From Octopus sinensis (taxonomy: Eukaryota): DNA of 10,042 nucleotides. Under the pieces are notes generated by a model, which was given only the letters and a program-made list of their open reading frames with translations, ran no database searches and had not been told where the DNA came from. A program made the translations under genes and the position numbers. Location: the NCBI RefSeq assembly GCF_006345805.1, contig NW_021827730.1, positions 1 to 10,042 of the forward strand, given 5' to 3'. This document shows positions 1 through 6,595 of this stretch, piece after piece; within the stretch, counting starts at the first letter, position 1, and every line of letters starts with the position of its first letter.

Positions 1-233
1 ACTCTGAGGTCATGCTTGACTACCTCATCCCATGTCTTCCTGGGTCTACCTCTCCCCCTGATACCTTCAACTGTTTGGGAGTGTCACTTCTTCACACATC
101 TCTCCTCATCCATCCGCAGCACATGACCATACCATCGCAAGCGTCGCTCTTGCACACCACATCTGATGCTTCTTATATCCAGCATTTCTCTCAGGGTGCT
201 TGCACTCTGTCGTGCGTGCACACTGACATTACA
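1..233 (-). mobile_element. RTE-clade LINE fragment, C-terminal RT/thumb region, pseudogenised; runs off the window start
   Basis: The minus strand from 233 translates as CNVSVHARQSASTLREMLDIRSIRCGVQERRLRWYGHVLRMDEERCVKK*HSQTVEGIRGRGRPRKTWDEVVKHDLR. RRLRWYGHVLRM and GRPRKTW are typical RTE C-terminal motifs. There is one in-frame stop. Confidence 0.9.
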
Positions 234-292
234 CGCATGACAGAGTGTACATATACATATATATATACATATACATATACATATATATATAT

Positions 293-336
293 CTCCATTT
301 TAGCATGGAGAACGGACGTTAAACGATGATGATGAT
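293..336 (+). mobile_element. Probable 3' terminus of an RTE-type LINE (stem-loop plus (GAT)n tail)
   Basis: A CTCCAT/ATGGAG stem (293-298/305-310) is followed by AACGGACGTTAAAC and (GAT)4 at 325-336. This resembles my recollection of the cephalopod RTE 3' end; not database-verified. Confidence 0.6.
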
Positions 337-340
337 ATAT

Positions 341-592
341 GTGGAGGCGCAATGGTCCGGGCGTTGTGTGTGTTTTTTGAGCGAAAACCCCTAAAAGCTC
401 CATGAGGTTCTGGCAGGGGGTGGTGATTCTTGCTGTACTCTTTCACCACTCTTTCTCCCACACTTTCTTCTGTTGGCCTGCTTGCTTAGCCAGCTGGGTG
501 GCGTCGTTTGAAGGCTAAAACAATGCGAACGCATTTTGACCAGCGATGTGTAGCAAAATCTGATGGTCTGGTCGGTTACGTGATCATGTGAT
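341..592 (+). mobile_element. tRNA-derived SINE copy with most of the tRNA head apparently deleted
   Basis: It starts GGAGGCGCAATGGTCC and jumps straight to GGGCGTTGTG, with no B-box. The body contains GAGCGAAAAC, CTGCTGTACTC-like and GAAGGCTAAAACAATGCG segments. It ends GTGATCATGTGAT running into (TA)n. The family assignment (octopus SINE) is from recall. Confidence 0.65.
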
Positions 593-629
593 ATATATAT
601 ATACATATATGAATGTATGTATGCATGTA

Positions 630-676
<47 letters not shown>
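591..676. repeat. (TA)n microsatellite, imperfect
   Basis: Read directly; the pure TA run is about 637-675. Confidence 0.95.
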
Positions 677-681
<5 letters not shown>

Positions 682-805
682 TGAGGGTACTACTATTCGT
701 AGATACCACACACTAAGAGGGACCAATGCGGTCAAAACTACTAAAAATAAACAAAATTTTACCGAATGCAAAACTTCAAAACACATCATTTTAAAAAAGA
801 ATTCA

Positions 806-869
806 GTTACATATCACATGTGATTTCGCATTTAATGCAGAATATGCATTTCATGTTCGTCAGTGCAAC
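806..869 (-). ncRNA. Type I hammerhead ribozyme motif A
   Basis: Minus strand reads GUUGCA-CUGACGA-ACAUGAAAUGCAUAUUCUGCAUUAAAUGC-GAA-AUCACAUGUGAU-A-UGUAAC. Helix I is GUUGCA/UGUAAC (6 bp, one G-U). Helix II is CAU/AUG, a 2x2 loop, then AAUGCA/UGCAUU. Helix III is the palindrome AUCACAUGUGAU. The triplet is AUA, with predicted cleavage between 812 and 811. The 10.1-11.1 pair is a non-canonical A-C. Confidence 0.8.
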
Positions 870-1006
870 AAACTCAAGAAATATAAGAAAAAACATAACA
901 TTACAAGCACGATAGCCAACCGTAGAATTCGTCGTAGCATGTACGAATGTTTATCTTTACATATCTATGAAAATGGCGGGCTTATTCGCAATGTATTTCG
1001 GTAAAA

Positions 1007-1031
1007 AATTGCCTAGTCGGACTAGGCAATT
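1007..1031. other. Perfect short hairpin AATTGCCTAGTC-G-GACTAGGCAATT at the inner end of the right arm
   Basis: 1007-1018 is the exact reverse complement of 1020-1031 (realistically an 11 bp stem with a 3 nt loop). Confidence 0.9.
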
Positions 1032-1093
1032 GCCACTGACGAACATGAAATGCATATTCTGCATTAAATGCGAAATCACATGTGATATGTAAC
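1029..1093 (+). ncRNA. Inverted duplicate of hammerhead motif A, helix I altered
   Basis: CTGACGA is at 1036-1042, GAAA at 1072-1075, the palindrome at 1075-1086, A17 at 1087 and TGTAAC at 1088-1093. The 5' strand of helix I is ATTGCCA, giving 5 bp with a bulged C, because the inversion breakpoint falls inside helix I. Confidence 0.65.
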
Positions 1094-1344
1094 TGAATTC
1101 TTTTTTAAAATGATGTGTTTTGAAGTTTTGCATTCGGTAAAATTTTGTTTATTTTTAGTAGTTTTGACCGCATTGGTCCCTCTTAGCGTGTGGTATCTAC
1201 GAATAGTAGTACCCTCAATATAATATAAATGAATATTTTCAAAGAGGAAGAATTTACGGATTTTTTCTCTTACGAGGTTTTTCACGCTGACTACTGATAA
1301 TTTCTTTTAAAGATTTTATCCTCAATTGTTAATATATATATATA

Positions 1345-1651
1345 TACTCTTTTACTTTTTTCAGGACTTATTCTTTGTAAGCCTAGTACTTATTCCACGG
1401 TCTCTTTTCGGGGATGTAAACACACCAGCATCAGTTGTCAAGCGATGTTGGGGTCGACAAACACAACACACAAACATACACATATATATATATATATATG
1501 TATACGACGGGCTTCTTTCAGTTTACGTCTACCAAATCCACTCACAAGGCTTTGGTCGGCCCGGGGCTATAGCAGAAGACACTTGCTCAAGGTGCCACGC
1601 AGTGGGAATGAACCCGGAAACATGTGGTTCCTAAGCAAGCTACTTACCACA
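1345..1651 (-). mobile_element. tRNA-derived SINE with an internal (CA)/(TA) microsatellite
   Basis: The minus strand begins TGTGGTAAGTAGC (D-loop/A-box-like). A B-box-like GGTTCATTCCC lies at plus 1604-1614, followed by GCACCTTGAGCAAGTGTCTT. A microsatellite at about 1462-1503 precedes a 3' segment ending TGAAAAAAGTAAAAGAGTA. It matches my recollection of an abundant octopus SINE, with internal deletions. Confidence 0.75.
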
Positions 1652-2154
1652 ACTTTTATATGGTGACGATTGTGATGGTGTCAGTCATTCTGAAACAGGT
1701 CTGCAATCTCTTGTATCTGCTTTTGACTTGGCTTGTGATATATGTATATATGTGTTTGTGTGTGTGTAAATGACACCTTAAATAATAGGGGATGTTTTGC
1801 ATGTGCATGGGAGCATAATGCCCTCACATTCAGCCTGCGATTCACATTGGCCCTGGATACTCTGCCAGCCCTTGTCTCTGGATCATGTCAATAGGATGGA
1901 AAGGATCTGTGAGGGGTCAGCCAAGCCTTATTGGATTTAAAATTGGAGGTTATACAATCGCTAGGCGACAGTCATTTACGACGCCCGATCAATCTGGAGG
2001 GCACTGTGGGGAGCATGAAAGCCACAACTGCGAATCAGAATAAAGGCATCCGTGAACACTATACTACTTAGAACAGTCCGTGCAGACATTTCACATGGGT
2101 GATGGTCAGTGATGGTCTTCTTTGCTCAACAGTGGATAGCCATCATCATCATCA

Positions 2155-2390
2155 CCATATATACTTAAATATATACACATAAATACATATATACATACGT
2201 GATGAATTCATGGTTACATATATACATAACTATAGACAATCATACATACACAAATAAATCCAAACATAGGTATACACACACTCACACACATTCACACACA
2301 CACACATAAACAACTACATACTTAAATACAATAGAACTGTATACATACACACACATACACCTAATTATCTGCATATATGTACATGTACAT
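2155..2390. repeat. Degenerate (TA)/(CA) low-complexity tract
   Basis: Read directly. Confidence 0.8.
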
Positions 2391-2824
2391 AGCTATTTGC
2401 GTACCACCTATTTGTTGCACAATGTAAGATTCATTCGAATGCTGACTCACTATTTCTTTTCTTTCACAATTCTAAAGAAACTAAAAAATATCTCAATCTT
2501 TTCTTATTATGTCTCTGCATCACTGAACTTATAACTCTTAAGAAACTTGTCTTTATTCTAATCTTAGGTCACCCTTTTGTGTGAATTTAGAAAAATATGT
2601 AAAACCGAAATACATATACACTCACACTTAACCAATTTATCAATCTGTCTATACATACATGCATACATTCATATAAAATATATATGTATATATACATTGA
2701 ATATATATCAATATATATATGTATGTATGTATGTTTATATATATATATAATATTAGTAAGTATATCCAAAATTACAGGGAAAAATTAGATTTAGGATTAA
2801 ATCAAATTTCACAGTATAAATATT

Positions 2825-3333
2825 AATTAAATTAGAGATAAAAGCACTATTATGCAAATCAAACAGTATTGACATAAACCAAAACATAAAAAACAAAAAG
2901 ATAAATATAATTAATATAATATACAAAATATATATAATATTAAAATTAAATTATTAAATTTTTAATTTTTAAATTTATACTTATAAATTTTTATATTTTT
3001 ATATTTTAAATTTTTAAATTTTTAAAACTTTTCATTTTTTTAAAAACCATCAAACAGTATTAAAAAGTTTAAAATAATATAATAAGTAATATAATAAGTA
3101 AAAACATATTACTTATTACTTATTATATTATATTGAACTTTTTAATAAATTTTGATAGTTTAAGAAAAAAAAATAAAAGTTTTAAATATTTATAAATTTA
3201 AAATTTAAAATTTAATATTTTATATATATTTTGTATATTATATTAATTATATTTATTTTTTTGTTTTTTATGTTTTGGTTTATGTCTATCACTGTTTGAT
3301 TTGCATAATAGTGGTTTTATAGCTAATTTAATT
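2825..3333. repeat. Imperfect AT-rich foldback of about 510 bp, centred near 3102-3108
   Basis: The outer ends pair (AATTAAATTAG 2825-2835 with 3323-3333). A 23 bp match is perfect (CACTATTATGCAAATCAAACAGT 2845-2867 with 3291-3313). GACATAAACCAAAACATAAAAAACAAAAA also pairs across the arms. The central stem is AATAAGTAA 3093-3101 with TTACTTATT 3109-3117. Confidence 0.85.
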
Positions 3334-3342
3334 TATATATAA

Positions 3343-3380
<38 letters not shown>

Positions 3381-3450
3381 TATTATATATCTATATATAT
3401 ATATATATAATATATATAATTATATATATATATATAAATATATGTATGTA
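3334..3450. repeat. (TA)n microsatellite
   Basis: Read directly. Confidence 0.95.
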
Positions 3451-3454
3451 TAAA

Positions 3455-3818
3455 TTTTTTTTGTTTGCTTGTTTCAGCTCAGAGCTGCGGCCATGCTGAT
3501 GCACTGCCGTTTTGTGCTACACTGTTATTACGACGAACCTCGTCTAATATGTGGCACTTGGTGAAGAATGGAGTTTGACATAGCTACTCTCATTTGCACC
3601 TCTTGCTGTGAGGAAGGTTCATCTGGGACTCTTGACAGGAAGATCTCCAGCTTTGATTTAAAAACCGCTACATCTACTTTGTGCAAGTTCCTCAGACTCT
3701 TTGGGAGAATATTAAAAAGCTGTGGGCCCTTGAAACCCAGGCTGTTGCAGAAGCTGGTCCTGAAGCGTAATGGCATTGCTGGGATCTTTGGCACTATGCA
3801 GTGTCGTCCCGTTCTAGC
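3455..3818 (-). mobile_element. 5'-truncated CR1/L2-like LINE: ORF2 C-terminus, stop, 3' UTR and short A-tail
   Basis: Translation is ARTGRHCIVPKIPAMPLRFRTSFCNSLGFKGPQLFNILPKSLRNLHKVDVAVFKSKLEIFLSRVPDEP...IRRGSS*, with the stop at 3528-3530. The GPxLFNxLP...FKxKL..FL..PDEP pattern is typical of CR1/L2-group ORF2 ends. The 3' UTR ends in A8 at 3455-3462. The exact clade is uncertain. Confidence 0.8.
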
Positions 3819-4100
3819 ATATATATATATATATATATATCCCTCTCTATCTCTCTGTATGTATATGTATATATACACCAAACTACTCAAAACACTATAA
3901 CTTCCCACTGCCTCCTTTAAAGAAGGTGTCTATATATGTTTAAAATGAATTGTGTACACATTTGGTGGCTAATGTGTTGTAATATTGATTATAGAATGTT
4001 TGAATTTGCAGCTGAAAGTAAACACCTTTAAAAATTGCGTTTTCAAACCTTCTTTCATACATATTTCCACTCGTGCGGTATCTTAGAACCTCACTTGGTT

Positions 4101-4231
4101 ATTTATATAAATATATATATATACATACATATTTATATAAATATATATATATACATACATATATATATATATATATTATATAATATATTATATATATATA
4201 TATACACACATACATATATATATATACATAC

Positions 4232-4264
<33 letters not shown>

Positions 4265-4272
4265 CATACATA
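4101..4272. repeat. (TA)n/(TACA) microsatellite with a perfect 30 bp tandem duplication (4101-4130, 4131-4160)
   Basis: ATTTATATAAATATATATATATACATACAT occurs twice in tandem. Confidence 0.9.
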
Positions 4273-4414
4273 TTTGAGTAATTGAATGAATTATCTTAAG
4301 GATAATTCGAAAGATAACCGATACCTGGGTAGCAAATTCACATCAGAAAGAACGCGGTTGAAGCTACGTCCCTAGGGCATAGACTACGTGTCTTCGTGCT
4401 GAAATTTGTATGTT

Positions 4415-4732
4415 TATTTTAAAATTATAAGCATATGAAAGAATGGAGTTGAAGACTAATTAACAAATATCCTTTATTCTCGACATATGTTTCGAAGGCT
4501 GCATATTCCTAATTCCGAAGGAATAAGGAGTACATTATGCAGATTTCTCATCAGGAAAATCAAGGAACTTATGTCGACATCAAAATGCACAAAAAACTTT
4601 TAGCTGACCGCTCTCAAGGAGCCCATGGTGATAATGAGAATATGCAGCCTTCGAAACATATGTCGAGAATAAAGGATATTTGTTAACTAGTCGTTCAACT
4701 CCATTCTTTCATATACTTATAATTTTAAAATA
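4415..4732. repeat. Inverted repeat: arms 4415-4508 and 4638-4732 (94/95 bp, 2 mismatches, 1 indel), 129 bp spacer
   Basis: Manual alignment of the left arm with the reverse complement of the right arm. Confidence 0.95.
4470..4566 (-). ncRNA. Type I hammerhead ribozyme motif B (fully canonical core, GUC site)
   Basis: Minus strand reads UCCUUGAUUUUC-CUGAUGA-[helix II, 54 nt, GAA...UUC]-GAA-ACAUAUGU-C-GAGAAUAAAGGA. Helix I is AUUUUC/GAGAAU (one G-U), then a G/A mismatch, then UCCUU/AAGGA. G10.1-C11.1 is present. Helix II is GAA/UUC, a 2x2 loop, CUGCAUA/UAUGCAG, and an apical UCCU(U)AUUCC-UUC-GGAAU(U)AGGA hairpin. Helix III is the palindrome ACAUAUGU. Predicted cleavage is between 4482 and 4481. 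Confidence 0.88.
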
Positions 4733-4774
4733 TATACATACATATATATATATATATACATACATATATATATT

Positions 4775-4810
<36 letters not shown>

Positions 4811-4811
4811 A

Positions 4812-4851
<40 letters not shown>

Positions 4852-4886
4852 CATACATATATATATATATATGTGTGTATATATAT
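4731..4886. repeat. (TA)n microsatellite
   Basis: Read directly. Confidence 0.95.
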
Positions 4887-4887
4887 C

Positions 4888-5780
4888 TAGAAAAGACAGA
4901 GATCATGGGCCAGGACGTCGGTGGGGTCCCCAGCATCAGTGTCGGCAACCACAGCTTGCAGGTGGTGAACGAGTTCACTTACCTGGGATCGACGGTCTCC
5001 AGCAGCCTGTCCCTCGAGCCGGAGCTGAACAGACGGATTGGGAAGGCTGCTGCTGCCTGCCATGGCTAAGCTCTCCAGGAGAGTGTGGAAAACAACATGC
5101 TCACAATAACCACCAAGATCGCAGTGTACCGAGCCTGCGTGCTGAGCCCCTACTCTACGGCGGCCGAGAGCTGGACACATACACCCGGCAGGAATGCCGC
5201 CTCACCGGCTTCCACATGCGGTGTCTTCGACGGATCCTTGGCATCTCCTGGAAGGACCGAGTACCAAACGGAGTCATCCTGGAACAGACTAATATGCCAA
5301 GCATGTATGCCCTCCTCATGCAGAGACGACTGCGCTGGCTAGGACATGTCTGCCGCATGCAGGACGGTCGCATGCCTAAAGACATCCTGTACAGCGAACT
5401 CACCACGGGATCCCGACCAAAGGACGTCCACAGCTACGATACAGGGATTGTGCAAGCGCGACCTGAGGACTGCAACATCTGTGTGGACACGTGGGAGGAA
5501 ACAGCTGCTGACCGCTCTGCCTGGCGTCGGACGGTGAGGAAGGGCGTTTCCATGGCTGAGGAAAGGAGAGCACAATTGTGGTTGGACAGGCGGGACAGGA
5601 AGAGGACAACTGCAGCATCACCCCAGACGTACCCATCGATGTTCGTGTGCAGCAACTGTACCAAGGACTGCCACTTCAGAATTGGACTGTTCAGTCACAG
5701 CAGACGCTGCTCATCATCAAAGTAGGCCCCACCCTTGGCGCAACCCATTGTCTATCAAGACAGATGGGGAAAAGAAAAAA
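4888..5780 (+). mobile_element. 5'-truncated RTE (BovB-like) LINE: RT C-terminus, C-terminal Cys/His motif, 3' UTR hairpin, A-rich tail; frameshifted
   Basis: Stitched frames give EKTEIMGQ...[63 protein letters not shown]...[26 protein letters not shown] and [21 protein letters not shown]. The stop is at 5723-5725. Several 1 bp indels fall between about 5055 and 5190. A 3' hairpin CCCATTGTCT-ATCA-AGACAGATGGG lies at 5744-5768. Confidence 0.93.
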
Positions 5781-5909
5781 AATATATCTAGGTATATATA
5801 TATATATATATACCTAGATATATATACACACACACATATATATATATATATACAAATATATACATACATAGATATATACATACACACATACACACATGCA
5901 CACACACAC

Positions 5910-5956
<47 letters not shown>

Positions 5957-6005
5957 TATGTGTGTATGTATGTATGTATGTATGTATGTATATAATTTAT
6001 ATACA
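5781..6005. repeat. Compound (TA)n/(CA)n/(TATG)n microsatellite
   Basis: Read directly. Confidence 0.95.
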
Positions 6006-6065
6006 TTTAAAAGAAGAAAATTAAACAAGATCGGTCCTCATAACATCCAAAAGAACATGTTTTCA

Positions 6066-6144
6066 CTCTGATGAAATTATACTCATGTCACATAAATGTA
6101 AATTTAATGTATAATTTGTAATAATTTCTTGAAATAGCTGTAAG
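6066..6144 (+). ncRNA. Degenerate hammerhead-like remnant
   Basis: CTGATGA is at 6068-6074. AATTAT (6075-6080) can pair with ATAATT (6121-6126). GAAA at 6131-6134 is followed by a near-palindrome ATAGCTGT and A. Helix I is only 2 bp and 4 extra nt precede GAAA, so it is not canonical. Confidence 0.35.
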
Positions 6145-6369
6145 CACCAAAGATGACCATTTGATAACAAAAGTATTAAATTCCTTATCTCTAATTTCTT
6201 TATTTCGTTTAAATGAATATAACCATGTGCTTAATAAGATCTATATATAATTATATGCTTATATAGATCGAATGTTTTAAGGGATTTCATTCCCCCAAAA
6301 TTCTAGGTATTGAATCAGTAATTCCTTGAATACATCTATCCCTTCAAAAGGCTAACATATCCCCTAATT

Positions 6370-6540
<171 letters not shown>

Positions 6541-6545
6541 GAAGG

Positions 6546-6595
6546 AGCTTCTACAGGACTAGAACTGTTTCATTCAAGAGAAATCATCAGGAGCT
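6546..6595 (-). ncRNA. Compact type I hammerhead ribozyme motif C (GUA site)
   Basis: Minus strand reads AGCUC-CUGAUGA-UUUCUCUUGAAU-GAA-ACAGUUCUAGUCCUGU-A-GAAGCU. Helix I is AGCUC/GA(A)GCU (5 bp, one bulge). Helix II is UUC/GAA with a UCUU loop and a U-U at 10.1-11.1. Helix III is ACAG/CUGU with an 8 nt loop. Predicted cleavage is between 6552 and 6551. Confidence 0.68.

Larger units (their letters stand above)
672..1227. repeat. Long inverted repeat: arms 672-865 and 1034-1227 (194 bp, 1 mismatch), 168 bp spacer
   Basis: Base-by-base comparison shows position x pairs with 1899-x. The only mismatch is 712/1187. The ORF track gives the same peptide (YYIEGTTIRRY...VTYHM) on both strands. Confidence 0.97.
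672..1320. mobile_element. Putative Penelope-like element remnant (inverted pseudo-LTR pair carrying hammerheads), no ORF
   Basis: A divergent inverted repeat has a hammerhead core in each arm. The left arm ends in (TA)n and the right arm continues into unique sequence to about 1320. The PLE assignment is inferred from the known association of PLEs with hammerheads and inverted pLTRs; no RT or GIY-YIG sequence is seen. The right boundary is approximate. Confidence 0.55.
4275..4732 (-). mobile_element. Putative Penelope-like element remnant (pseudo-LTR with hammerhead plus partial inverted copy), no ORF
   Basis: A complete hammerhead lies on the minus strand and the partial inverted copy ends in (TA)n. 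The left arm continues about 140 bp into unique sequence before the next (TA)n. The PLE assignment is inferred and the left boundary is approximate. Confidence 0.55.

Noticed and set aside
12-329. 105 aa plus-strand ORF
   Set aside because: It is antisense to the RTE fragment and runs into microsatellite.
672-1227. Classical Tc1/mariner-type MITE with TA target duplication
   Set aside because: This is not fully excluded. However, the TA ends merge with microsatellite, one arm extends into further unique sequence, and both arms contain hammerhead cores, which fits an inverted pseudo-LTR better.
617-1285. Twin ORFs 617-823 (+) and 1076-1285 (-) with an identical peptide
   Set aside because: The identity comes from the DNA inverted repeat. 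They are antisense to the hammerheads, one starts in a microsatellite, and the peptide is unrecognisable.
1590-1651. tRNA gene
   Set aside because: Only A- and B-box-like motifs are present, with no cloverleaf. It is the head of a SINE.
4281-4350. Possible extra hammerhead (CTGATGT on minus, or TTGAATGA...GAAA on plus) around the GAATTATC/GATAATTC hairpin at 4288-4308
   Set aside because: The core is wrong at invariant positions and helix I cannot form in either orientation. Only the 8 bp hairpin is supported.
4548-4606. Plus-frame peptide KSRNLCRHQNAQK, faintly like GIY-YIG-associated C-termini
   Set aside because: It is too short, antisense to the ribozyme, and has no upstream GIY-YIG motif.
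6238-6269. 10 bp hairpin GATCTATATA/TATATAGATC; also TGACC/GGTCA at 7269-7281
   Set aside because: These are short and mostly self-complementary TA, so they are expected by chance in this composition.
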